Source: a virus
Direction: 5' to 3' (one strand)
Length of the DNA stretch: 64,000 nt
IMG/VR virus record: IMGVR_UViG_3300028920_000038
Span: 64,001 to 128,000 of that record
Part shown: one piece after another, positions 48,744 through 57,583 of the stretch
Layout of the letters: each line of letters opens with the position of its first letter
Position numbering within the stretch: the stretch's first letter is position 1
Notes under the pieces: generated by a model
The model's input: only the letters and a program-made list of their open reading frames with translations
What the model was told of the DNA's origin: nothing
The model's database searches: none
Program-made: the position numbers and the translations under genes

Positions 48744-51281
48744 TTATTGTCCAGCTCCACCTTGACTTCCGGATACCCATTTCCATTTAGTAGATAGGTT
48801 TCCTATTCCAGATGGGTAGTAATAATTACTGGATGAACTTATAACATACCAATTCCATGTATTTGGATTTGAAGATGTAGCTCTCATACTACTATCTACA
48901 TTATATTGACCAGAGTTCCATATCCATTTTGTAGTAGGAGAATTTACAGAAATCATGGTACTAAAATATGTATATCCAGCTACTTCTGGAGGTGCAGAAG
49001 GTACAAGAGTATCTAAATTTAATGCACAGAATCCACACTGATTAGCTTGAGTTTCATCATCTCCTGAACCTCCTTGACCATCATCGAATTGTTGTACACA
49101 CACTTTATAATTAGATGATATTTTCCATATACCAGCTGGATTTAATGATCCATTAAATGTATCATATGAACTCTGTTCTCCTCTAAGATATGTACCATGT
49201 TGTCCTCTAGTTTGTGCAACTCCGCTTATAAAGAATCTAGCAGCTGTTGTTAAACGGGTTCCATTAGATTCGGTCTGTCTTTCTAAAAGGCCATTTCCTA
49301 ATAATAAGACATCACATGTCTTTTCAACATTCATACTACTTATTGATGCTTGAGTAAATGCAGCAGAATCATTATGATCCACATCTCTCATCCATTTCAT
49401 ATAAGTAGTTGTATCACCGACTGCTTCTCCACCAGTTGAATCATGACTTATAAATGTCTCAGCTTCAGAAGGTAATTCCATTACGAATACTGCAGATTGA
49501 CTACTAGCAAATCCATCTCCTGAAGAATCTACATCAGCATTTCCTCGTTGGCATTGAATAACTAGTTTCTCATTATTTGATGTAGTTTTGTGTATGAACC
49601 AAGCATTAGTTTCTCCATACTGATTTTCATCATCTCTTATATATGTATAACCATAAGATTGAGGTATTTCAGATTCAAATGAAGAACTTGATACAATAGC
49701 TCTAGATATTCTTTGAGTTCTAACATCTCCTGCACCCAAATTATGTGCAAAGCTATATAATATTAAGAATTTACTTCCAGATGTATTAAGTGTAATGGTT
49801 TCTCCACCAGCTAATGCAGCTGATGTATCAAATCCAGTAAATGTATGACTATATGGGGGACTATCATCAGGACCTGCTATATTATCAGCAGTTATTCCAG
49901 CATCCCAGTTTACTCCATTAGAAGTTCCAGTACCCCTTTCAACTATAATATAATCTATTCGAGTATCTATACGAGTATCATCAGTATCAGCTCCATTATG
50001 TCTACCAACATAGCAATTTGTTGTAGTTGGAGTGCCACTTTGTGTTCCATCAGAACACCAAGCTTGTAAGAATTTGTCTTCTGGACATCCATGGATTTGA
50101 GTTAGTACGGTTAAATTAGAATATGAACCTTGAAGAGATACTTGCTCCATAGTTCCTGGCCAAGTTGGTGCCAAATGGGAACTAGATGGTTTATAACTAG
50201 CTTCGCATTCATCTCCTCCTGGAAGAATATGATTACCTGATTCCATTACAAGAAAATATATAGTATTTGCATCAGCAGAATCTGCACTAGCAGCATCTAA
50301 TCTTAATTTGAAGGATATAGGAGTAACTCCACTAATTCTAGCTGTTACAGGTGGATTACTAGCACTATTTATGGAAGGTGTACAAATTATAATAGGTTCT
50401 TTATATGATTTAACTAAATTAATATCAACCCAAGATTCATCTACATTTGTTTGAGAACTATATTCACCAATTACTACAGAATTCTCATCTAATATGGTAC
50501 CAGCTTTATAATTGAAAGCCCAATACATCATATCCTCTGTAGTATGATTTCTTTCTGTATCTCCTATATTATCTTCATCACAAACTACATTCATAGTTCC
50601 TGCAGTTATAGGATTTGAACCATAGAACGTAGGGAGATATCCATCTCCTCCATCTTCTCCACAATGAGTTAAGACTCCAAAGTGACTTACTCCTATAGCT
50701 GTACCTGTACCTCCAGATATAATATTATCATTAGTTTGTACTATCTTATGTTCCCATATTCCATTCTTCCAAGATGTACCATCAAAATTATCAGTACCAT
50801 AAGTACTTCCGTAATGCCCATAAGCAACATCGCTAGAATCTGTAAGTCTAACAAGCATTATTTCGGAGTAATTAGCAACTGCAGTATTAGATATGCTATC
50901 AGAATCTCGTCTTGCTTGAACAGTTACTATTTGACCAGATTTAGCTCCAAGAATCATACAAGAGGCTCTAGTATATATTGCATTATTATTTGTATCTCTC
51001 TGATATCCAGCTCCTCTTGAACCTTGAACTTCAACACCATCCAGTAATGTTCTACTCTGCATATTTTCACGATTATTTCCACCTTCACCGTGAATATAAG
51101 TTAAACAAAGATAATTACCATCTTCAGTTAATTGAAATCCTTTACCAGATCCAGATACATTGTATGTACCATCGTTTCTATATTCTGTATTAAATGGAAA
51201 TTGAACAAATGAAGTTGTCCAAGTTTGAGTACCAGCAGAATCGTACCAGATTCCTATATCACCAATAGCCAAGAATATCAC
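48744..51281 (-). CDS. Multi-domain beta-rich virion protein (lectin-like domains probable)
   Basis: H-type-lectin-like segment W..INL..SY..P.IICTP...RI.GVT...F.LRL; shared Trp-rich C-terminal module. True start is probably TTG 51272 behind GGTGA. Confidence 0.55.
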   Translation of the reverse strand: MIFLAIGDIGIWYDSAGTQTWTTSFVQFPFNTEYRNDGTYNVSGSGKGFQLTEDGNYLCLTYIHGEGGNNRENMQSRTLLDGVEVQGSRGAGYQRDTNNNAIYTRASCMILGAKSGQIVTVQARRDSDSISNTAVANYSEIMLVRLTDSSDVAYGHYGSTYGTDNFDGTSWKNGIWEHKIVQTNDNIISGGTGTAIGVSHFGVLTHCGEDGGDGYLPTFYGSNPITAGTMNVVCDEDNIGDTERNHTTEDMMYWAFNYKAGTILDENSVVIGEYSSQTNVDESWVDINLVKSYKEPIIICTPSINSASNPPVTARISGVTPISFKLRLDAASADSADANTIYFLVMESGNHILPGGDECEASYKPSSSHLAPTWPGTMEQVSLQGSYSNLTVLTQIHGCPEDKFLQAWCSDGTQSGTPTTTNCYVGRHNGADTDDTRIDTRIDYIIVERGTGTSNGVNWDAGITADNIAGPDDSPPYSHTFTGFDTSAALAGGETITLNTSGSKFLILYSFAHNLGAGDVRTQRISRAIVSSSSFESEIPQSYGYTYIRDDENQYGETNAWFIHKTTSNNEKLVIQCQRGNADVDSSGDGFASSQSAVFVMELPSEAETFISHDSTGGEAVGDTTTYMKWMRDVDHNDSAAFTQASISSMNVEKTCDVLLLGNGLLERQTESNGTRLTTAARFFISGVAQTRGQHGTYLRGEQSSYDTFNGSLNPAGIWKISSNYKVCVQQFDDGQGGSGDDETQANQCGFCALNLDTLVPSAPPEVAGYTYFSTMISVNSPTTKWIWNSGQYNVDSSMRATSSNPNTWNWYVISSSSNYYYPSGIGNLSTKWKWVSGSQGGAGQ

Positions 51282-51593
51282 CTACGTACAAGTTTCTGAG
51301 CAGCATTCACAATTATTATAATAGCATTCTTTTTGTAATGTATGTCCACATATCTTACATGGACATGAACATAATAAAGTTGTAATACCTTCAGTCTTAT
51401 TTCCTGTATCTATAGTTAATTCATTAGGTGGATATTTTTCTGGATGGAATGTATGAGCATATCTATAATAGAACTTGTCTTTGTATTTTTCTAATAATTC
51501 CCCAAATCTTTTATGCATTAATTCTTTTTCTTCATCTGATTCACTAAATTTATGCTTATTGATCCAATCTTCTACATTCTTATATTTTATCAT
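51282..51593 (-). CDS. Hypothetical protein with Cys-rich C-terminus
   Basis: CSCPCKICGH...EC...CECC..TC; start placed at ATG 51593. Confidence 0.55.
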   Translation of the reverse strand: MIKYKNVEDWINKHKFSESDEEKELMHKRFGELLEKYKDKFYYRYAHTFHPEKYPPNELTIDTGNKTEGITTLLCSCPCKICGHTLQKECYYNNCECCSETCT

Positions 51594-53806
51594 TAATTTC
51601 CTGTGAGATAAGTTAATAACATCCAATCATATGAACTACCGCCATATATTGATACCCAAACCCAAGTTCCATCTGAATTACCAGAAGTTCTTATAAGTTG
51701 ACCTGGTCTTGTTGAGGCTGATCCTGCATCTGTTAGATTACCAAATAATGGTAAATGCCAATTACCAGATATTCCAGCTTGAGACGAAACACTTGCAAAT
51801 ACAGCATGTGTTGTATCTTTCACATGAATATCAGAGTTTGATGAATGTAAATAAGCCTGAGAATATTCCGCACCAGATATAACAAAGCCAGATGGATGAT
51901 AATTATCGTCAAGGTCAGAAGTTAAATCACTTTCATTACTATAAGTTTCAGTGTAAATTGCTATTTGTGCAGAAGCGTAGGCTTGCGAGTATTCCTGACC
52001 AGAAATTACGTACCCAGAGGGATGGTAGTTATCATCAAGAACAGATGTTAAGTCTGATTCATTGGAATACGTTTCTTCATATAGAGCAATCTGAGCAGAC
52101 GCATAAGCTTGTGAGTATTCAGAACCTGATATTACGTAACCTGATGGGTGGTAGTTATCATTTAATTCAGATGTTAGATCATTCTCAGATGAATATGTTT
52201 CCTCATATATTGCAATCTGAGCGGATGCATATGCTCTACTATATTCAGATCCAGATATTACATATCCTGATGGATGATAATCATCATCTAAAACATCTGT
52301 AAGATCTCCCTCTGAAGAAAATGTTTCTTCGTATATAGCTATTTGTGCACTTGCATATGCATTTGAATATTTCTGAGATGAATTATCATACCAAGAATTT
52401 AGCACATTAACTAAACTTGAAACTGTATAAAATTCTGCAGATCCTGACCATGAGCTAGGTTCTTGTGATTCTAAAGAGTCTATCCTTGTATCTATATTTC
52501 CTGAGAAAGAATCTATCCAGCTTTTATTATATAAATTAGAAGATATTATATAAAGAGTATGATCAAATAAATCTTTCACTCTTTGAGCTGAAGCATATGC
52601 TTGAGTATATTTAGTACCAGAAGCTAATAATTCTTCGTATCTCTGAGATGAGGCATTAACCCATTCATAAGCAGAAGTCCATTGAGAATCTTCTGTTAGA
52701 GATACATGAACATCTGTATTACTTGAATGGCCTATATAACCTGCAGCACCGGACCAAGAAACATCAGATCCTGCAGTACCAGATTCTTGGTATTCACTAT
52801 TTAACCAAGCTAATAAACTTGATGAAGGGAAGTGAATATCAGAATCAGATTTGTGTGTAGAATAATTAGAGGAATCTGCAAATCTGCTAATAGCATTAGA
52901 ACTTGTTATATAATTCTCTTCATTAAATTGATCGTATCCTTCTAATGTATCTATTCTAGAGTCAAAATTAGAAGAGGTGTCGAATAATGCAGTTAAATCA
53001 TCCTTAACATTTGAAGAGAATCCATAAAAATCAGAAGCACCTGACCAGGCTACATCTGATCCTCCTACACCTGTAGATGACGATATAATTATTGTATTAT
53101 TTCCAGAATATATATAAATTCCATTCTGTCCTGAGAAATAGATATTATCATCATCATTTTTAGTTATCTGTTGATTTTGTGGATATGCAAAGAAATTATA
53201 TTGATATGTAGAAGGTCCTCCAGCAAACCAGTTAACACAATGTTTACCAGCTATAGATAAGTATACTATAATATAAGTATCATCATAAGAAACTGAATAT
53301 CCATAAGTATCAGTACCACTTGGAGATATTCCAACTATAGTAGGAGTACTCCCAAAATTGTGTGTGATTTTAGATTGTGAAGAGACTAGAGCCCAACCAG
53401 CTTGATAATCTGCAGTTGTACCCCCACCTCCACTTCCAGCATTATCGTCTACATACTTTTTTGTAGCAGGTTCATAATCTCCATCTGGAGTAAATGGAGT
53501 TATGTTTTCTTTATATAGATATAAATCATGATGAGTATGAGATGATGCTCCGAATAAATTAATGGCATTAGAGCTAAATCCATAGAAAGATGAAGCGCCA
53601 GACCAGGCTACATCAGCTCCAGCTGCTCCAGTAGGAGCATATACACTATCAAACCAACTTCTGAGTAAAGAAGAAGGGTAATGTATATCTGCATTGGATG
53701 AATGTCCATATGCATTACTAGAGATTAATTCAGTAAAATCTACGAATGCATTCCAATCTGCAGAATATATTACATCTCCCGATGCTTTAGTATCATTAAA
53801 TGCCAT
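51593..53806 (-). CDS. Fibre-like protein with four tandem 42-aa repeats
   Basis: MAFNDTKASGDVIYSADWN anchor, PATKKYVD fibre motif, repeats shared with 45236..48280. Confidence 0.65.
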   Translation of the reverse strand: MAFNDTKASGDVIYSADWNAFVDFTELISSNAYGHSSNADIHYPSSLLRSWFDSVYAPTGAAGADVAWSGASSFYGFSSNAINLFGASSHTHHDLYLYKENITPFTPDGDYEPATKKYVDDNAGSGGGGTTADYQAGWALVSSQSKITHNFGSTPTIVGISPSGTDTYGYSVSYDDTYIIVYLSIAGKHCVNWFAGGPSTYQYNFFAYPQNQQITKNDDDNIYFSGQNGIYIYSGNNTIIISSSTGVGGSDVAWSGASDFYGFSSNVKDDLTALFDTSSNFDSRIDTLEGYDQFNEENYITSSNAISRFADSSNYSTHKSDSDIHFPSSSLLAWLNSEYQESGTAGSDVSWSGAAGYIGHSSNTDVHVSLTEDSQWTSAYEWVNASSQRYEELLASGTKYTQAYASAQRVKDLFDHTLYIISSNLYNKSWIDSFSGNIDTRIDSLESQEPSSWSGSAEFYTVSSLVNVLNSWYDNSSQKYSNAYASAQIAIYEETFSSEGDLTDVLDDDYHPSGYVISGSEYSRAYASAQIAIYEETYSSENDLTSELNDNYHPSGYVISGSEYSQAYASAQIALYEETYSNESDLTSVLDDNYHPSGYVISGQEYSQAYASAQIAIYTETYSNESDLTSDLDDNYHPSGFVISGAEYSQAYLHSSNSDIHVKDTTHAVFASVSSQAGISGNWHLPLFGNLTDAGSASTRPGQLIRTSGNSDGTWVWVSIYGGSSYDWMLLTYLTGN
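51851..52372 (-). repeat. Coding tandem repeat, 4 x 126 bp plus a partial copy
   Basis: GATGG(A/G)TG(A/G)TA.TTATC-like units recur every 126 bp (about 51891, 52017, 52143, 52269); synonymous divergence between copies. Confidence 0.9.
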
Positions 53807-53954
53807 ATATAATCCTTATATCAATTAATCTAAGTAAACAAAAAGAAAAACATAGGTTAATAATCCATACAATCTAAGCGTCTCCTTAAAAAAAATTCTG
53901 TGCATTAGATTATAATGAGATTATTACCAACATTAAACATAAATTATAACATTA

Positions 53955-54161
53955 CTACCTACGGTGACCTCGTTTCGACTTGGCCTTTCTTTCCATTTCT
54001 TTATATTGTTTTTCTTTTTCAGTTGCTTTATGGATTATATGTCTCTCAAGAAATGAAACCCCAAGAGGATCATCCTTTCTTAATTTTCCAAGCTGCATTG
54101 GCGTTACATGTAAAAATGAACACATTTCAGCTTCAAGATAACCTAAATTAGATTCAACGAA
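53955..54161 (-). CDS. Tail assembly chaperone frameshift extension (gpT-like), 68 codons in the +1 frame; absent from the ORF track
   Basis: FVESNLGYLEAEMCSFLHVTPMQLGKLRKDDPLGVSFLERHIIHKATEKEKQYKEMERKAKSKRGHRR*; overlaps the end of 54154..54651. Confidence 0.75.
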   Translation of the reverse strand, partial: FVESNLGYLEAEMCSFLHVTPMQLGKLRKDDPLGVSFLERHIIHKATEKEKQYKEMERKAKSKRGHRR

Positions 54162-54165
54162 AGGA
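54154..54165 (-). other. Putative +1 ribosomal frameshift site TCC TTT CGT TGA
   Basis: Last codons of the chaperone gene. The +1 frame has a TAG eight codons upstream, so any shift is confined to this short window. Confidence 0.7.
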
Positions 54166-54651
54166 TTGTAATTGATCTTCTTCTAGGGGTCCCTCCTGAG
54201 TAGCCTTGATTAGGCCAGCTATGAAATTCTGTAAGGTAGTAAACGAAACATTAGATCTCCAGAATTTTTCATCTAATGATGGATCCACACAGAGCTTTGC
54301 TGCTAATTTTGGAAGTGATTCATAAATTGATACCATTTTTTGTAAAGATTTAGAATCTAGTTTACCTTCATACATAGAGGCTTCTGCTGATAGTTTCATT
54401 ATTATTATCATCTCTTCTTGAGTTGGTCTTCGAGATTTAACAGTTCTCTTAGTTTCTGGTGAAGAGTAAAATGTTATTTTTAACAGATCTTCTTTATAGT
54501 CTCTTTCTAGAATACCACGGGTTGTTATTTGCTTTATGATATCTTTAGAATCATTCTTCTCTTTCTTTTCAATTTTTTCTCTTAGCTCATCAAAATTTTT
54601 GGGTTCTTTATTTTCTTTATTCTTATCATTAGATTCTTTATTTTCTACCAT
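54154..54651 (-). CDS. Tail assembly chaperone (gpG-like)
   Basis: Directly downstream of the tail tube genes; charged helical protein with overlapping alternative-frame extension; GGAG RBS. Confidence 0.75.
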   Translation of the reverse strand: MVENKESNDKNKENKEPKNFDELREKIEKKEKNDSKDIIKQITTRGILERDYKEDLLKITFYSSPETKRTVKSRRPTQEEMIIIMKLSAEASMYEGKLDSKSLQKMVSIYESLPKLAAKLCVDPSLDEKFWRSNVSFTTLQNFIAGLIKATQEGPLEEDQLQSFR

Positions 54652-54692
54652 ATTTGTCTCCTCGAATAGAAAGAATTAAAACATTAAAACAT

Positions 54693-55169
54693 TTATGGAT
54701 AGTCTGTAATATATGTTCCTTGAGTAGTACTATCTACAGTTACTGAAGATACTTTATAAGGATATAACAAAGTAAAATCTATAGATCCTTCTGTAATTTC
54801 ATCTGCAGTTCCAATTGAAAAATCAAATCCTGTTATCTGACAACTCTTGAAATAAAAGTGTAACGAATTATCTCCAACTGAACCTGAAATTTGCACATTA
54901 GATGCACCTATTAAACCAGATACTAGAATACTACCTAAACCTGTATCAGTTAATTTACAGGCTGTTAATGATCCTTCGATGCTTCTAGACCCAGCTAGGA
55001 AGAAATTCCCAGTTTCACCTACAAGTTCTTGTTCTGCAGTTCCCCTACTAATAGTAAGAGAAACATCAGATATAGCAAGTGTAGAATGAGTTTGGGTAGA
55101 TCCATATCCTGCACTAGCTATTACAATTTTTGCATTATTTCCCCTATAAGTTACAGGTGTTGCTCCCAT
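54693..55169 (-). CDS. Tail tube (major tail) protein, paralogue 2
   Basis: VSLTISRGTAEQELVGETGNFF..G.RSIEGSLT...CQITGFDFSIG.ADEITEGSIDF; aligns with 55176..55649. Confidence 0.75.
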   Translation of the reverse strand: MGATPVTYRGNNAKIVIASAGYGSTQTHSTLAISDVSLTISRGTAEQELVGETGNFFLAGSRSIEGSLTACKLTDTGLGSILVSGLIGASNVQISGSVGDNSLHFYFKSCQITGFDFSIGTADEITEGSIDFTLLYPYKVSSVTVDSTTQGTYITDYP

Positions 55170-55175
55170 TGTCTA

Positions 55176-55649
55176 TCACGCATCCGATATTAATCCAGCT
55201 TTATAGGTGACATTTTGTGGATCTAGTAAAGCAAAGTCAATGCTAGCTTCACTAATAGTATCTGCATCTCCCATGCTCACATCATATCCAGTAATTTGAC
55301 ATGAGACTAAGAACCAATGAATTGGGCTAGTACTTCCTACTGAACCTGATATTGCTATGAGTTCATTTGTTGAAGTTCCTTCTATAATATTATTTAAAAC
55401 ATCAGAACTACCAGATGAACCAAATCTACTAAGTGTAAATGATCCATCCATAGAAAGAGCTCCTTGAGCAAAATAATTACCAGGTAATCCTATGAGATCT
55501 TGTTCTACTGTTCCTCTGTCAAGTGTTAATGAGAATGATCCCATTCCCCAAAATGAATGCAATTTAGAAGCACTCATAGTAGGTGCTGATCCAGCTGCAT
55601 GAGCTTGTAAGAATATCGCGGCATTTTCTCCTGTTACAGTTCCTGCCAT
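55176..55649 (-). CDS. Tail tube (major tail) protein, paralogue 1
   Basis: FSLTLDRGTVEQDLIG.PGNYF.QG.LSMDGSFT...CQITGYDVSMG.ADTISEASIDF; follows the tail terminator; GGTGA RBS. Confidence 0.75.
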   Translation of the reverse strand: MAGTVTGENAAIFLQAHAAGSAPTMSASKLHSFWGMGSFSLTLDRGTVEQDLIGLPGNYFAQGALSMDGSFTLSRFGSSGSSDVLNNIIEGTSTNELIAISGSVGSTSPIHWFLVSCQITGYDVSMGDADTISEASIDFALLDPQNVTYKAGLISDA

Positions 55650-55689
55650 ATAATATCACCTTATTCTTTTATTAAATTATAAACATACA

Positions 55690-56091
55690 TTAATCATCGT
55701 GATGTAATTTATACCTATAAGTTTGCATTTTTCTATATACATTCATATCATTATCAAATAAATCTATATCCCCCTCTTTTCTACAAGCCCCAGATACTAT
55801 AAATAATGGAGTAATAACATCAGCTATTTGATATGTCTCCATTCTACTACTTCTTGAGAATATATCTACTGTGAATACAGCATCTTCAAGTCTTAATCTA
55901 GAGCCTGCCGGAGCTGATTTGTAACCTAAATAACCAGTATCTGTACCACCTGTTTGAGTTAATATAATACATGGAAAAGAATCTAAAGTTTTAGTCCATC
56001 CAACTTTTATATTATTTTCTGAAACTAAAGATGTTACTGATGATGAACTTCTCATGAACCAATACAGGTCAGCTATAGATGTTAATGACAT
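55690..56091 (-). CDS. Tail terminator (DUF3168/SPP1 gp17-like)
   Basis: L...V...I..GW....FPCIIL...FTVDIFSRS..E..QIAD.I; position before the tail tube genes. Confidence 0.7.
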   Translation of the reverse strand: MSLTSIADLYWFMRSSSSVTSLVSENNIKVGWTKTLDSFPCIILTQTGGTDTGYLGYKSAPAGSRLRLEDAVFTVDIFSRSSRMETYQIADVITPLFIVSGACRKEGDIDLFDNDMNVYRKMQTYRYKLHHDD

Positions 56092-56621
56092 TATCGTAAC
56101 CTCATAGAACCAACTTCTCTTAGTATTCTATTTTTATAATTTATTTCTATCATAGATACACTTTGATTCATAGCATTTGATAGATAATGTTTACCATCTT
56201 GTAATTTTACTATTCTTGGATAATGAATCCCATCGTGTTTTCCCTGAGATTTTCCTACGGGCCATCCTTTATGACCGTAATTATCAGCATCTATAAATCC
56301 TTGAACTGGAGTTCCTGTATCTGATTGCATGAATCCTTGAGTACCTCCAAGTTCAACTATAGCAGCATGATTTGAATTATATCCTAATCCCATTTTTATG
56401 GAATAGCCTTGAATTTCTGGACTTGTTATAAATTTACTATCTCTTATTTTATCATCTCCTATGGAATGTCCCCATTTTAAAGTAGAATCTATATTATTCA
56501 TCGCTTTCTCATGAACTTTATCTAAAGAAGTTATAGTTTCGTCATTAAGATAATTTACTATACTACTCTTTAATAAATTTATATTTCGAATAGCTACATC
56601 TAATCCTTCTATTTTTATCAT
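56091..56621 (-). CDS. HK97 gp10-like neck/tail-completion protein
   Basis: IKIEGLD...NI, HAAIVELGG and HYLSNA motifs; position. Confidence 0.65.
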   Translation of the reverse strand: MIKIEGLDVAIRNINLLKSSIVNYLNDETITSLDKVHEKAMNNIDSTLKWGHSIGDDKIRDSKFITSPEIQGYSIKMGLGYNSNHAAIVELGGTQGFMQSDTGTPVQGFIDADNYGHKGWPVGKSQGKHDGIHYPRIVKLQDGKHYLSNAMNQSVSMIEINYKNRILREVGSMRLR

Positions 56622-56935
56622 TGTAACACCAAATATGCAGTTTTATGATGAGATGAGGAATCAATAACTACTTCTCTTACTTTATAGGTTTCATCATTAT
56701 AAGTAATTCTATCTCCTCTAGTAACTGTAGAAGAGGATTTCATATAGCATTTATGTTTAACATCGTCGTAGATGCCTGCTAATTGAGTCATTTCAGCTGC
56801 TGTTAAAGGATTTATTCTACAAGGTATAGATGTAGAACCAGCTGTATAAGTATGAGTCCATTCACCGAGCATATTCTGTGATGATACTACAGAATGTTTT
56901 GTTATATTATGAATCATTAAACTATCGAAAGTCAT
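56618..56935 (-). CDS. Head-closure protein (SPP1 gp16-like)
   Basis: Q...GEW...IPCRI.P...GDRI.Y....Y.V..V......H..A.L pattern; position. Confidence 0.7.
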   Translation of the reverse strand: MTFDSLMIHNITKHSVVSSQNMLGEWTHTYTAGSTSIPCRINPLTAAEMTQLAGIYDDVKHKCYMKSSSTVTRGDRITYNDETYKVREVVIDSSSHHKTAYLVLQ

Positions 56936-57170
56936 TTATTCTCATCTTTTTATTTCTAAAATGCACATCATAGTGACATTCACTACATAAAGGAATTAGA
57001 TTACTTTTGCTATTAGATCCTCCTCTTCCAAGGGGGATTATATGATGCAAATGTAAATTACCTTTAGAAAATCTTTGACACATTGCACATCTATATCCAT
57101 ATTCTTTAAAGATCGCATATCTTAATGCATTCCAATTTGAAGGATATCTATCATCAGGACCACTATACAT
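56922..57170 (-). CDS. HNH endonuclease (HK97 gp74-like)
   Basis: W..LR.AI...GYRCAMC...LHHIIPLGRGGSN..SNLIPLCSECH..VH. Confidence 0.85.
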   Translation of the reverse strand: MYSGPDDRYPSNWNALRYAIFKEYGYRCAMCQRFSKGNLHLHHIIPLGRGGSNSKSNLIPLCSECHYDVHFRNKKMRINDFR

Positions 57171-57581
57171 TTAATCATTAGCTTTGTATAAATCCCATCT
57201 ATGTGCAGCTTTAGCATTAAGAATATCTAAAGCCATCTTCTCCCAAGTTTTTGATATTACAAATGGAGATGATTGAATATCTGTACCTCTAGATATAGGT
57301 TGAGCTAATGCGTATCTATAGTCTCCTAATTGCTCTTCACTCAGTGTATAATATTTTTTAGCTAGAGCTGGAGTATGAATAATCTTTGATGCTATTAATA
57401 GTAAAGCTGCTATTCTACCATCAGTTGATGATGTTATTCCATACACATGATTTATATATGTCTCTACAGATTCTATTTTTATTAATATCTCTGCTGTACT
57501 TATATCATCATAATCTAGAGGTGGTGTAAAGAAGTTCCTTACATCCATTTCCCTTAACATTGTTGGTGTATAATCTGACAT
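57171..57581 (-). CDS. Head-tail adaptor/connector (gp15/gp6-like)
   Basis: Helical protein with I...E.YI...R.AALLLIA..I and EEQLGDYRY.L; position between capsid and closure genes. Confidence 0.6.
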   Translation of the reverse strand: MSDYTPTMLREMDVRNFFTPPLDYDDISTAEILIKIESVETYINHVYGITSSTDGRIAALLLIASKIIHTPALAKKYYTLSEEQLGDYRYALAQPISRGTDIQSSPFVISKTWEKMALDILNAKAAHRWDLYKAND

Positions 57582-57583
57582 AC

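Noticed and set aside
45236-51281. Diversity-generating retroelement suggested by the Mtd-like N-terminal domain and duplicated C-terminal modules
   Set aside because: No reverse transcriptase in the window. The duplicated module (21100-21300 versus 48744-48960) differs at all four bases, not only adenines. The N-terminal Mtd domain is only an anchor.
21084-52302. Alternative-frame or antisense ORFs nested in virion genes (e.g. 21084..21284, 23728..23934, 26281..26523, 26864..27154, 30489..30701, 33541..33948, 49845..51193, 51892..52302)
   Set aside because: Fully nested in longer coding genes, with atypical composition and no independent signals.
51851-52372. Regularly spaced repeats that could be mistaken for a CRISPR array
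   Set aside because: The 126-bp units are in-frame coding repeats with synonymous variation and no unique spacers; no cas genes are present.
53915-54151. 78-aa + strand ORF in the track
   Set aside because: Antisense shadow of the minus-strand chaperone frameshift extension; lacks an RBS and sits against the operon direction.
54154-54156. Stop-codon readthrough or genetic recoding at the chaperone TGA
   Set aside because: An in-frame TAA follows two codons later, and all long genes are intact under the standard code.
3709-57170. HNH genes as introns, inteins or mobile elements
   Set aside because: Both are free-standing ORFs that do not interrupt a gene; the one at 56922 occupies the usual gp74-like position in the head module.
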